A stretch of DNA of 64,000 bases from an uncultured Prevotellaceae bacterium (GTDB lineage Bacteria > Bacteroidota > Bacteroidia > Bacteroidales > Bacteroidaceae), in the NCBI GenBank assembly GCA_902777645.1, contig CACYUZ010000014.1, forward strand, positions 1,296 through 65,295, read 5' to 3'. A program made the translations under genes and the position numbers. A model generated the notes under the pieces. It saw only the letters and a list, made by a program, of their open reading frames with translations, was not told the origin of the DNA and ran no database searches. Of this stretch, positions 18,513-28,062 are shown one piece after another; within the stretch, counting starts at the first letter, position 1, and each line of letters begins with the position of its first letter.

Positions 18513-19651
18513 AACGCAATCTTATCATCATCGTTTGCCTCTTCCTGGGGCTGCTGGCCCTGATGGTCACGGGCAACATCATCATCGTGGGAGAGAAAAT
18601 AGCCGCCGTCAGCCATCTGTGGTGGATGGAATGGGTGTTCTACGGACTTATCGGCGGAGTGCTGGCCTACTTCGTGCTACTGCCCCTGTGGCGCATACAC
18701 CACACACCGGCCTTCCCGGCACTGGCTGTCGACGAAGAGGCCACCGAGGAACAGTTGAAAGACTACGGCAAACGACTGGCCGGCCACTGCGGATTCATAG
18801 AAGACGCACAGTTGCGCAAGGAGCATAGGCAAACGCTCGAAAACAATCTGCTCCATGCCTCGGGCAGTCGGGCCCAACTGCTGCAGGTGGTGCGGCAGGA
18901 GGTGGCCTTGCGCTACGACGGCGACAAGGACCACGGCATCCTGGGCATCAACGGACAAATCAGGGAGTGGGCCAAGACGGTATTCATGATAACGGCCGTG
19001 TCGCAGAACAGCCGTTTCGACACGCTCAGCGTGATGTGGCTCAACTACAAGATGATAGAGAGTCTGGTTCTGGCCTCCGGATTCCGGCCCAACAACCGAC
19101 AGCTCTTCAAGATATACCGCGACATCCTGACCACGGCGCTGATAACCTATGCCATGTCGGAGGCGCTGATGAAAACGGCAGCCGTGACCCCGTTCGACTT
19201 CGGCGACCTGCACAGCGACAGCGCCGATGCCGTGGGCGATGCGGTGGCCAGCGACGCCGCCGATGCCGACGCGGTGAACGTAGACCCCGACGACATCGGG
19301 TTCGATGCGCAGATGACCGACACCGAGGGGCTCTCCATCTACTCCATCCTGCGGCGCATCAAGATACCCGGCGTGGTGGTGGGCTCCGCACTCGACGGCA
19401 CCGTCAACGCCCTGATGACCCTGCGCATCGGCTACATCACCCGCACCTACCTGCAGCAGGGCGAGCAGGCGCTCACCGGCATACGCAACAAGCGGACGGT
19501 GAAATGGGAGGCCATGAAGGAGTCGCTCGCCACGGTGCCCGCCATCGTGGCAGCAGGCAGCAGTGTGGTGGGTAAGAAAACCTCCAACCTCATCATCCGG
19601 CTCATCAACAGCAAGGCACAGAAAGAGGCGGCTGCCACCCTTGAGCATTAA
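18509..19651 (+). CDS. DUF697/YcjF-like (UPF0283) integral membrane protein
   Basis: The internal ATG of track ORF 18341..19651 gives MKRNLIIIVCLFLGLLALMV. There are two N-terminal TM helices. The core AVSQNSRFDTLSVMWLNYKMIESLVLASGFRP resembles the YcjF/DUF697 signature. An acidic low-complexity insert (DSADAVGDAVASDAADADAV) is present. Confidence 0.65.
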   Translation: MKRNLIIIVCLFLGLLALMVTGNIIIVGEKIAAVSHLWWMEWVFYGLIGGVLAYFVLLPLWRIHHTPAFPALAVDEEATEEQLKDYGKRLAGHCGFIEDAQLRKEHRQTLENNLLHASGSRAQLLQVVRQEVALRYDGDKDHGILGINGQIREWAKTVFMITAVSQNSRFDTLSVMWLNYKMIESLVLASGFRPNNRQLFKIYRDILTTALITYAMSEALMKTAAVTPFDFGDLHSDSADAVGDAVASDAADADAVNVDPDDIGFDAQMTDTEGLSIYSILRRIKIPGVVVGSALDGTVNALMTLRIGYITRTYLQQGEQALTGIRNKRTVKWEAMKESLATVPAIVAAGSSVVGKKTSNLIIRLINSKAQKEAAATLEH

Positions 19652-19754
19652 GGCGGCCGCACGGGCTTCCCCATTACAGGCCTCAACACCAGGCAATGTT
19701 TCTTTTCATGAAGTATGTGAAACAATGCGCAACACTGTTTCCAACAGATGTGCC

Positions 19755-19762
19755 TACCTTTG
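19755..19762 (+). promoter_or_regulatory. -7 promoter box (TACCTTTG) upstream of the GH5 gene
   Basis: Matches TAnnTTTG, 20 nt upstream of the ATG at 19782. Confidence 0.5.
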
Positions 19763-19781
19763 CAGCGCAAAAACTATAAAA

Positions 19782-21548
19782 ATGAAAAGATTCTTCCTGA
19801 CTGCCGCACTGGCTTTGACCATCGGCATACACATTCTGGCACAGCAGGCACTCATACCCGAACTGCACATCGAAGGCACTCACTTCGTCACCTCCGAGGG
19901 GAAACGTGTCATTCTGCACGGCTTCGCGCAAACTTTCAGTCCGTGGTTCAATGAGCAGGGCTCCAAATGGACCAACTACGACGTGGAGGGCTGCCTCAAC
20001 TACAACAAAGGCATCATCGACGGCATCATCGACACCGGATGGGAAATGACCTTCGTCAGACAGCACATGGACCCCTATTGGTCGAACAATCCCGGAGCAA
20101 GCGTCACCGGCGAGAACGATATCTCGGCTTTCAACTTCGAACGGTTCAAGACCTACCTCGACAAAGTGTTCGTGCCGATGGCGGAATATGCTATCTCAAG
20201 GGGACTCTACGTGGTGATGAGGCCGCCGGGCGTCTGCCCAGAACGCATCAGCGTGGGAGATGACTATCAGCAATATCTCCTCAAGGTGTGGGGCTATGTG
20301 GCCCGACACCCTACCCTCAAGAACAACAACCGCATTCTCTACGAGCTGGCCAATGAGCCCGTGGGCATCTACCACAGCGACGGCTCGCGCGCCGGCGACA
20401 AGGAGATGCAGCAGTATTTCCAGCCCATCGCCGACACCATCCGCCACCAGGCCACCAACATCATCCTGGTGCCCGGACTGGGATGGCAGTCGCAATATGC
20501 CGGTTTCGCCAAGTATCCCATCGAGGGAACCGACATTGGCTATGCCGTGCACTGCTACCCGGGCTGGTACAACGGCGGCCACGGCGATGACGATGTGGTG
20601 GTGAACTACCGCGACTTCAAGCGGGGATGGGATGCGCAGATAGGACCGGTGGCAGCAATGGCACCCATCGTGGTGACCGAGATGGACTGGGCGCCCTCGC
20701 GCTACCATGCCTCCTGGGGAAAGTCGACCACCGGCGAGGCCGGCAAGGAGGGCTTCGGTGCCAATTTCAAGCGGATAGCCGATGAGACGTGCAATGTGAG
20801 TTGGCTCCTCTTCACCGGTGGAGAGCTGCTGGCTCGGTATGATGACGATGCTCCCGACGGCAACACTTTCCTCACCGACCCCGAGGCCTGTCCGAGACCC
20901 TGCTACCGCTGGTTCAAGGAATACAACACGCAAGAGTTCTCCGACCTCATCAACAGCGACGACTACGGACCTGTAATCCGCGAGGAGCCCCTCTTCTCAC
21001 TGACGGAAGAATGGTTCAACCCCAGCATATGGGAGCAGGGCTCTTTCGATGAGGAGACTGGATGTCTCATCACCGGACAGTATGGCTTCGGAGGATGGCA
21101 GTATGCCACCGGCGCAGACCTGTCGCCATTCAAATACCTGGTGGTGGAACTGAAGCAGAGACAATCGTGCGGAGCCTCCTTCCGGTTGTTCGACGAGAAC
21201 AACTACTGGACCACCCCCTATATGAGAGACTTCAACAGCGACACCCGCATCACTATCGACTTGCACAATATGGTGAACGGTGACGGGAAACGGCTCGACC
21301 CCGCCCATATCTACATAGCAGGATTCTGGTCGTACGGCGGATCGCCCATCTACATCAAGGACATCTTCGTGAGCGATGACGGACAGACACCCGCGGGCAT
21401 CGAAAAGACAGCCCTGCAACTGCAGGAAAGCAGTCGTTTCTTCACTCCCGACGGCCGGCCCTGCCCCCCGCAGACAAAAGGACTGCAGATAGTGAGAGAG
21501 GTGCGTGCAGACGGCAGCGTAAAAGTTTTCAAGCGTTTTGTGCCATAA
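19782..21548 (+). CDS. Glycoside hydrolase family 5 enzyme with a C-terminal beta-sandwich (CBM-like) region and a T9SS C-terminal sorting domain
   Basis: The internal ATG of track ORF 19563.. gives signal peptide MKRFFLTAALALTIGIHILA. The GH5 acid/base motif is YELANEP and the nucleophile region is IVVTEMDW. The C-terminus FTPDGRPCPPQTKGLQIVREVRADGSVKVFKRFVP resembles a T9SS CTD. Confidence 0.8.
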   Translation: MKRFFLTAALALTIGIHILAQQALIPELHIEGTHFVTSEGKRVILHGFAQTFSPWFNEQGSKWTNYDVEGCLNYNKGIIDGIIDTGWEMTFVRQHMDPYWSNNPGASVTGENDISAFNFERFKTYLDKVFVPMAEYAISRGLYVVMRPPGVCPERISVGDDYQQYLLKVWGYVARHPTLKNNNRILYELANEPVGIYHSDGSRAGDKEMQQYFQPIADTIRHQATNIILVPGLGWQSQYAGFAKYPIEGTDIGYAVHCYPGWYNGGHGDDDVVVNYRDFKRGWDAQIGPVAAMAPIVVTEMDWAPSRYHASWGKSTTGEAGKEGFGANFKRIADETCNVSWLLFTGGELLARYDDDAPDGNTFLTDPEACPRPCYRWFKEYNTQEFSDLINSDDYGPVIREEPLFSLTEEWFNPSIWEQGSFDEETGCLITGQYGFGGWQYATGADLSPFKYLVVELKQRQSCGASFRLFDENNYWTTPYMRDFNSDTRITIDLHNMVNGDGKRLDPAHIYIAGFWSYGGSPIYIKDIFVSDDGQTPAGIEKTALQLQESSRFFTPDGRPCPPQTKGLQIVREVRADGSVKVFKRFVP

Positions 21549-21570
21549 CGAGCGATGACGGGCCAGTTGT

Positions 21571-22551
21571 CTACCAATCGTGCAGCAAAGCATCAACACA
21601 CGCCACGGCATTTGCCAATCGACATTCGTTTTTACCACGAATCACGGTATAGCTCAATCCTCGTGCCACGAGTTGGTCTTCACACTTCCGAAAGAAAGAT
21701 TCCCTTTCTTTCGGCCGATAGCGGTGGATGTCATCCACCCAGGGCAGATCGACATCAAGCAGCAGATAATGGTTGAAATGCTGCCTGGCGATGTATTCCT
21801 CAATAAGGGGTGACTCTTTACCGAACAGTTCTTGTGACCATAGTTTGGAGATGATGGCGTCTGTATCCACAAATACCAACGGGGAGGGTTCTTTCAAGGC
21901 TGTCTCAACTGCATTGAAATGCCCTCTCACGATTCGTTCCATGTCGTCATAACAAATATCCCCGTTCTTTGCATCGATTACCTGCTTGGCGTACTCTTCC
22001 ACATAGGGCACATGATAGTGTTCGGCAAGCTGTTTGGTCAGTGTTGATTTTCCCGTCGATTCCGGACCATAGACGCAGATTGTTTTACGGAGATCGTTCT
22101 GCGCTGCCGGTGCCAGGTATTTCCACCGGCCTATGAGGTCTTGACGGATTTGTGTAGCTGAGACCGGAACGGTGGACCTGTCAGAATCCACCATCACGAA
22201 ATCTGCCGACAGTTCTTTTGCCAACCGCGCCCCGTATTGCTCTGAGGCAAAGACCGCATCAACAGGACGCGGGAGCAGGCGCAACAATTCCTCGCGCCAG
22301 ATATCCCAAAAGCGAGGGGTCTCCGAGGGGTCCTGCGGAAGGGGGTGGCTTTGTGTCAGCACTATGGCTGACGGATATTGTTGCTTCACCCATTTTATGC
22401 GCCGCTCAACGGGTATTACATCATCCATGATGTTGTCGACGACAACATAAACGATGTCGCTGGCATCGAGAGCGCGCTGGATGAGCAGCATGTGTCCTCT
22501 GTGCAACGGGCAAAACTTTCCCAATACGAAACCCGTATTATAATGCTTCAT
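21571..22551 (-). CDS. NadR-like bifunctional protein: HxGH nucleotidyltransferase (NMN adenylyltransferase fold) plus a P-loop ribosylnicotinamide-kinase-like domain
   Basis: Start chosen at MKHYNTGFVLGKFCPLHRGHMLLI, which carries the (H/T)xGH motif. The P-loop is VYGPESTGKSTL. It overlaps the NRPS-like stop by 14 nt. AT-rich like the four upstream genes. The track start at 22617 is also ATG, so the start is uncertain. Confidence 0.7.
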   Translation of the reverse strand: MKHYNTGFVLGKFCPLHRGHMLLIQRALDASDIVYVVVDNIMDDVIPVERRIKWVKQQYPSAIVLTQSHPLPQDPSETPRFWDIWREELLRLLPRPVDAVFASEQYGARLAKELSADFVMVDSDRSTVPVSATQIRQDLIGRWKYLAPAAQNDLRKTICVYGPESTGKSTLTKQLAEHYHVPYVEEYAKQVIDAKNGDICYDDMERIVRGHFNAVETALKEPSPLVFVDTDAIISKLWSQELFGKESPLIEEYIARQHFNHYLLLDVDLPWVDDIHRYRPKERESFFRKCEDQLVARGLSYTVIRGKNECRLANAVACVDALLHDW

Positions 22552-25402
22552 AAGATTGGCTGATATATAGTTTGATAAGTTCTTTATCCGGCTGGCACCG
22601 TATTGAAGTGCAGGCATGGGTATTGGTCATATCGAACCGGATGCCTGTAGTTTGAAACAGGTCCATATACCTCATTTGTTTGAAAAGCGCTGGGTCCATC
22701 CGGCAAATTGCCATGCGCAGAGCCTGCACATCGGGATGGCCGGCAAAATGGCTGGCCTTCTTCTGCCATTCTTCATAGGCTATAGTGCCGCTGATGACGC
22801 CTTTTTCCTTCATGACCATGCAAAGGTCGTTATATTTCAACGGCATTTCCGACGCGATATGATAAACACCCGGTCGGTTGCGGCTTATGATGTCTGCCAC
22901 GGCATGTACCGCTTTATCGATAGGCGTGATGTCCACTGCCATGGAATCCGACGCATCATAGGGAAGCACGCCCACTGTCCCCGCTCCCCGCAAGAACATG
23001 CCGAGAAAATCTTTAGGAGCTGACTTGCCCTGAATGGTGTCGCCGCACAGCAGGCCATAACGATAGATGAACACATCACACCCATCGGGACGAATGGACT
23101 GAACCATCTTCTCGGCAACGTATTTAGACTGTCCATATCCCCCATAAATGTTGGTTGCAATACTCAAATCGTCGTTCTCATACACCGTACCACGATTCCT
23201 GTCGGTAGATACGAAGACAGAAAGCGTGGAAGCATAGTGCAGGACTTTTCTGGCACCCGTCAGGCAAAAATCGATGATGTTTCTTGTGCCGGTGACATTG
23301 GCTTCCTTCAGCATGTCATAATTTGCCAGCATATTGACAACGGCTGCGCAGTGGAGCACAGTGGTCACTTCTTCAGAAAGCCGCCTGTAGACATCTGTTG
23401 AAAGACCAAGGCAAGGTTGGGTGATATCGCCACAAACTATCTCTACGTTCATCAGTGAACGGGGGGCGAGACCATATCTGAGAAAGGTTTCTCTGATTCT
23501 TTCTTTTCCGTTTTCGGGCGACGTGCATCTTACCAGGCATCTTATCTTTTCGCCCTGCTCCCTGGCCAATAATTCACCAAGCAAGTGTGAACCCAGAAAG
23601 CCGGTTGCCCCCGTCACAAGCATTGTGCTTGCCGCAGTGTCAGCAGGCTTAGCCATGCCAGGGGGGCAGGAGTACTGCCACTCACCCTCAAGATGGGAGG
23701 AGTGTGTGCACATAGAGGTGCTTTCAATGCCCATCCGGGCCAACTGTCGCGGGGTAGGACACTGATGAATTTCGTCGGCCGTAACGGCTATGCCCAACTG
23801 CTGTAACTTTGCTATCAACAGGATGGTGTCGAGCGAATCACCGCCGCACTGGAAAAAATCTTCGTCTGGGCCAAAGGATGGAAGTTTGAGGATGTCTGAC
23901 ATCACATGCGCGATGGTTTCTTCCTCTTTTGAGGCATATTGATAGGCTGACTGTGCTGACTGAGAGCACTTGAGCGGGATTGTGAGAAGAGCCTGCAGGT
24001 CTGTTTTCCCTGATGGGGTGAGCGGCATGGAACTGACCAACTCAATGAAAGTAGGAACCATCCATTGGGGAAGATGGTGCTTGCAACAAAGCCGAAGCTG
24101 TTGTTCCATATCGCCCAAGGCTACCCGGTTGTCCACGGGCTGTATAAAGGCTACAAGAGCGTTTTTTGTGTTCGACGGGCCAACGGGTCTCTTGACGACA
24201 GCCACCTTACCGACATTCCTGACACAGCGGAGCACATGCTCAATCTCTTCCAGTTCTACAAGTTGTCCACGTATCTTCACCTGACGGTCCAGCCTTCCGA
24301 CAAACTCCAACTTGCCGTTGCGGTTGATGCGCACATGGTCTGATGTCCTGTAATAACGTTTGCCATCGACGACAGGAAACTTTCTCCGCGTCAGTTCTTC
24401 GTCCTTGTAGTATCCTATGGCTAAGCCGACACCTGAAATCCACAACTCGCCATTCTCTGCATCCAACCGCCCGTTTGAATACACGTAATAATGCGTTCCA
24501 TCGATGACGTCGCCCAAAAGGGGGGAGTCCCATTGAGTGTCACACTGGCACAGGCTGGTACAGACGGTTGCCTCTGTTGGGCCGTAGACATTTATCAGTC
24601 TGAGTCGGCGGCTCCAACGTCTCACGGTTTCTATGTCGGCCGGTTCACCGCCAATGACAATGGTCTGCAGACAGTCAGGGCATTTCTCCGGACTCAGCAT
24701 CCGCAATAGTGAAGGAGGAATGTCGGTATGTGTCACGCCATGCTTTCTCACCACCTCAAACAACATGGCCGACAGTTTTTCCCCTTGCACTGGTTCTATG
24801 ACAAGGGTGGCGCCAGATGTCAAGGTAACGAGGATATCGGAGATGGAAGCATCGAAGTTGACAGACAGGAAGAACAGGTAACGCGAATCATGATTCACAC
24901 AAAAGGCCTGGCGTTGGCACCGGGCCAGGTTGCAGAGTCCGGAATGCCCCACAAGAATGCCTTTGGGCTTACCCGTTGTTCCAGAACTGTAGATGATGTA
25001 AGCTGGATTGTCGGGCCGGCACGGGGCTATGGTTGCTGCCATGGGGCACGACATGGTGTCGCGAAAGGTGTCCTCGTCTATACAAAGCGTGATATCGGCA
25101 TGGCCGGAAATGAATTTCCGGCGGGATGGAGGCAAATCAGTGCCTATAGGGGCAAATGCTTTCCCCGACATCCAGCAGCCTATCATGCTGATGATATAGG
25201 CTGTGGATTTGGGCAGGTTGATTCCTACGAAGCAATTGCACCCACTGTGCCGGTTGATGTATTCTGCCACCTGCAGGGCTTGCCGCCAAAGTTGCTGATA
25301 GGTGAGCACGCTGTTGTCTCCTTCCGCCACTGCGGCATGATGGGGATAAGCCTCGCAGATTCCGTGCAGCACGGCAAGTATGTCATCGCTGTTTATGTCC
25401 AT
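22538..25402 (-). CDS. Stand-alone NRPS-like enzyme: adenylation, thiolation and thioester reductase domains (A-T-R)
   Basis: 954 aa. A-domain core motifs are LTYQQL, AYIIYSSGTTGKPKG, FDASISD, NVYGPTEAT, GELWISGVGLAIGYY, YRTSDH, GRLDRQVKIRG, LPQWMVP and PLTPSGKTD. The carrier motif is FFQCGGDSL. The reductase shows VTGATGFLGSHL and YGQSKYVAEK. No condensation domain is present. Confidence 0.9.
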   Translation of the reverse strand: MDINSDDILAVLHGICEAYPHHAAVAEGDNSVLTYQQLWRQALQVAEYINRHSGCNCFVGINLPKSTAYIISMIGCWMSGKAFAPIGTDLPPSRRKFISGHADITLCIDEDTFRDTMSCPMAATIAPCRPDNPAYIIYSSGTTGKPKGILVGHSGLCNLARCQRQAFCVNHDSRYLFFLSVNFDASISDILVTLTSGATLVIEPVQGEKLSAMLFEVVRKHGVTHTDIPPSLLRMLSPEKCPDCLQTIVIGGEPADIETVRRWSRRLRLINVYGPTEATVCTSLCQCDTQWDSPLLGDVIDGTHYYVYSNGRLDAENGELWISGVGLAIGYYKDEELTRRKFPVVDGKRYYRTSDHVRINRNGKLEFVGRLDRQVKIRGQLVELEEIEHVLRCVRNVGKVAVVKRPVGPSNTKNALVAFIQPVDNRVALGDMEQQLRLCCKHHLPQWMVPTFIELVSSMPLTPSGKTDLQALLTIPLKCSQSAQSAYQYASKEEETIAHVMSDILKLPSFGPDEDFFQCGGDSLDTILLIAKLQQLGIAVTADEIHQCPTPRQLARMGIESTSMCTHSSHLEGEWQYSCPPGMAKPADTAASTMLVTGATGFLGSHLLGELLAREQGEKIRCLVRCTSPENGKERIRETFLRYGLAPRSLMNVEIVCGDITQPCLGLSTDVYRRLSEEVTTVLHCAAVVNMLANYDMLKEANVTGTRNIIDFCLTGARKVLHYASTLSVFVSTDRNRGTVYENDDLSIATNIYGGYGQSKYVAEKMVQSIRPDGCDVFIYRYGLLCGDTIQGKSAPKDFLGMFLRGAGTVGVLPYDASDSMAVDITPIDKAVHAVADIISRNRPGVYHIASEMPLKYNDLCMVMKEKGVISGTIAYEEWQKKASHFAGHPDVQALRMAICRMDPALFKQMRYMDLFQTTGIRFDMTNTHACTSIRCQPDKELIKLYISQSYEAL

Positions 25403-26132
25403 ATAATATCATGCTTGGATGGTCTTCATCGTAGTCTGAAAGAGCGATGTCACCATAAACCTGTTCTACCATCAGTCCATAACGCAGAAACATGGCCCGG
25501 AATTGTTCTACGCTGTAGAGTTTTGTCTGTCCGAAAGCCGTTTCACGGTGACCATCTGGATAGACTATAAGCCAATCTGATTTCATCATGCCGTCCTCTA
25601 TCCAGCTCTCTCGTATTGTAATGATGGTACTGTCGCCCGAAGGCACCTGTTTGACAATGAACCGCTGGAAATGTTTGTTGATGAACAGTGGATTCATGGT
25701 GGAGAAGAAGAACTGCCCGCCAGGCTTCAGGTTGTTGCTAAACGCGAGCAGCATCTTTTCATTAAGGTCATCATCCTCGTGATAGCCGAAACTGGTGTTC
25801 CAATTGATGCAGATGTCGTATTGCTCTGGACGGAGGAATGTCTCCGCATCACCCAACACAAATTCGGCGTGGGCAGAAGCAAGATGTTTTTCTGCATATT
25901 CTATATAAGGCGTGGAGATGTCGATGCCCGTGACCTCAAGTCCCGCCTTATCCAGTTCATGCGACAGGTAGCCCTTGCCGCAGCACTGGTCAAAAACTTT
26001 CATCCCCGGAAGCAACTGTCCTATCTGTTGCATGAAGTGCACTGTCTCTGCTGCCTGCTGGTTGAGCACCACCTCTGTAAAGTCGTTCTGAAAGAAGTCT
26101 ATCCACCATTTGTCGTTCTTGCCCGTTTTCAT
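25383..26132 (-). CDS. Class I SAM-dependent methyltransferase
   Basis: 249 aa. Motif I is VFDQCCGKGYLSHEL. It overlaps the NRPS-like start by 20 nt. Confidence 0.8.
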   Translation of the reverse strand: MKTGKNDKWWIDFFQNDFTEVVLNQQAAETVHFMQQIGQLLPGMKVFDQCCGKGYLSHELDKAGLEVTGIDISTPYIEYAEKHLASAHAEFVLGDAETFLRPEQYDICINWNTSFGYHEDDDLNEKMLLAFSNNLKPGGQFFFSTMNPLFINKHFQRFIVKQVPSGDSTIITIRESWIEDGMMKSDWLIVYPDGHRETAFGQTKLYSVEQFRAMFLRYGLMVEQVYGDIALSDYDEDHPSMILYGHKQR

Positions 26133-26136
26133 CGTT

Positions 26137-28062
26137 TCAGTTCATTAGTTTTTGATTCATATAATAAATAGTCAGCATAAGCATCAACACAGGCTCGTAG
26201 GCGGTCTGCTCCAACACACTCATGGAGGGAAGAGATACAAGCAGGTCCGTAACAGCAGTTCTGTTAAAGATGCCTGTTCCCATCAGACTGTCGGATGTCA
26301 GCTCATCGTAAATCCTTTCATACTCAGACTTGCTGAAATATCGGGTCAACGGAGGTGCTTGGAACGGATGTTTCTGTCTTCGATAGATACGGTCTGTAAT
26401 GTATGGGCGAGCTGCTTCCTTGAGCACATACTTCTCATTGATATAGTTCTTGATCTTCATCTGCATGGGCAGTTGGGCCGCATACTCAAAAAGTTTGTGG
26501 TCGAGGAAAGGCAGTCGTCCCTCAACCGAGGCCGACATCTCACAGCCATCGCCAAGAGTACCGAGTATATAGTTGCTGAGCGCATGTTTATTCCACAGAT
26601 AGAGTGACTTGTTTACGGGATGTACATCCCGAAGTTTGGTCTCTATCCGGTGATGTGTGGCCATTTCGTCCATGAAATCGTAGTTGTCACAACTGCGGAG
26701 CATGTCAGGATGGAGCAACCGGTACATTTTGTGTCCTATGCTGGCCTTGGCTGCCAGAAACGACGGGACAAAGCCCAGCCGTTCGGCCATCTTGTCACAA
26801 CTGAGCGTATCGCCTACTGCGATTTCCGTTCCCGTTATGGCAAGATTCGTTTGGTAGAGTTGGCTGGTAAGTGCTTCTTTTTCTTCTGCCGGCAACATGG
26901 AGAAAAGATCTTTTCGCAGGTGGGGATAGCCGGCCAGGCATTCGTCGGCACCTTCGCCAGTCTGCGCCACTTTGAACCCAGCCTCGTGGATGGCCTTGTT
27001 AAGGAGGTATTTGCATGACAGATGACCGTTTACAGCCAGTCCCTCACTGTGAAAGACTGCTTCCGGAAGATAGTGGAGAATGTCGTGCTGGCTTACTTCT
27101 ATTCTGTGCAAGACAGCCCCGCAGTGGCTGGTGGTCTCTGTGGCGAAGAGATTCTCGTCGTATTCGTCGCCCGTCTGAGGGAAAACGATAGAGAAACAAT
27201 GAACCGGCTCGCTGGTCATGGCAGACAGGATACCTGCAACGGAACTGGAGTCGAGCCCGCCACTGAGATGACAGCATACCGGCACATCGCCCTGAAGCCG
27301 CAGCTGAATAGCCTGCTGCAGGCAGGCGCGATATTCATCCACATACTGTTGCTCCCTTCTTGGTGTGAGCTGCTCCTCATCGCAGCCGGAAGGATAGTTC
27401 ATGTCCCAATAAGTGATGTCCTTCCTCCCGCAACCGACTTGCCATACAAGCAGATGGCCAGGCTCCAACTGCCGTACGCCCTTGAAAAAGGTGCGGTCTG
27501 TTGGTTGGTACTGTATCGACAGTGCCTGCATCAGACTGTATTCATCCCATTCGGACTTTACACCACAGGCGTGGATGGCTTTTGCTTTCGATGCTATAAT
27601 CACTCGTCTGCCATCATCCCACCAACACAAGGGTTTGATGCCGAAGCGGTCACGTCCTGCTACCAGCAAGCGCTCCCTTTTGTCATACAGGATGAAGGCA
27701 AACTCGCCTCTCAGGTGTTCCATCATACCCTCGAGGCCATACTTCAGATAGAGGGGTATCAGCAGCTCGCTGTCGGAATCGGTCTGGAAGGCATAGTCGG
27801 AAGAAAGCGTCTGTCTCAGTCTTTTATAGTCGTAAAACTCTCCATTGACCACAATGATCACCCTTCCATCAGGAGAACTGATGGGTTGGTGTCCGTGCCG
27901 CACACCGACAATGGACAATCGCCTGTGGCCCAAGGCTACGTTTTGGTATTGCCACATGCCGCAGTCATCAGGACCGCGTAGTTTCAGCGTGTCGAGCGCT
28001 GCCGACAGACTGCCTGCATCCGGCATGGCCTCGCGGTCGAGAATTCCTACTATTCCGCACAT
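26137..28062 (-). CDS. Asparagine synthetase B-type glutamine amidotransferase
   Basis: 641 aa. The N-terminal nucleophile is in MCGIVGILD and the PP-loop is CCHLSGGLDSSSV. It overlaps the upstream dehydrogenase stop by 13 nt. Confidence 0.85.
   Translation of the reverse strand: MCGIVGILDREAMPDAGSLSAALDTLKLRGPDDCGMWQYQNVALGHRRLSIVGVRHGHQPISSPDGRVIIVVNGEFYDYKRLRQTLSSDYAFQTDSDSELLIPLYLKYGLEGMMEHLRGEFAFILYDKRERLLVAGRDRFGIKPLCWWDDGRRVIIASKAKAIHACGVKSEWDEYSLMQALSIQYQPTDRTFFKGVRQLEPGHLLVWQVGCGRKDITYWDMNYPSGCDEEQLTPRREQQYVDEYRACLQQAIQLRLQGDVPVCCHLSGGLDSSSVAGILSAMTSEPVHCFSIVFPQTGDEYDENLFATETTSHCGAVLHRIEVSQHDILHYLPEAVFHSEGLAVNGHLSCKYLLNKAIHEAGFKVAQTGEGADECLAGYPHLRKDLFSMLPAEEKEALTSQLYQTNLAITGTEIAVGDTLSCDKMAERLGFVPSFLAAKASIGHKMYRLLHPDMLRSCDNYDFMDEMATHHRIETKLRDVHPVNKSLYLWNKHALSNYILGTLGDGCEMSASVEGRLPFLDHKLFEYAAQLPMQMKIKNYINEKYVLKEAARPYITDRIYRRQKHPFQAPPLTRYFSKSEYERIYDELTSDSLMGTGIFNRTAVTDLLVSLPSMSVLEQTAYEPVLMLMLTIYYMNQKLMN

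Noticed and set aside
19563-19781. N-terminal extensions offered by the ORF track: 19563 for GH5, 31588 for hutU, 57587 for trkA, 18341 for DUF697, 48181 for SusC, 48286 for the lipoprotein, 22617 for NadR-like, 29549 for NUDIX, and 4539 and 63468 as TTG/GTG starts
   Set aside because: The extensions are Arg/Pro-rich or overlap the upstream gene or promoter box. Internal ATGs give canonical signal peptides, family N-termini or ATGA stop-start coupling. The track also counts GTG/TTG as Met.
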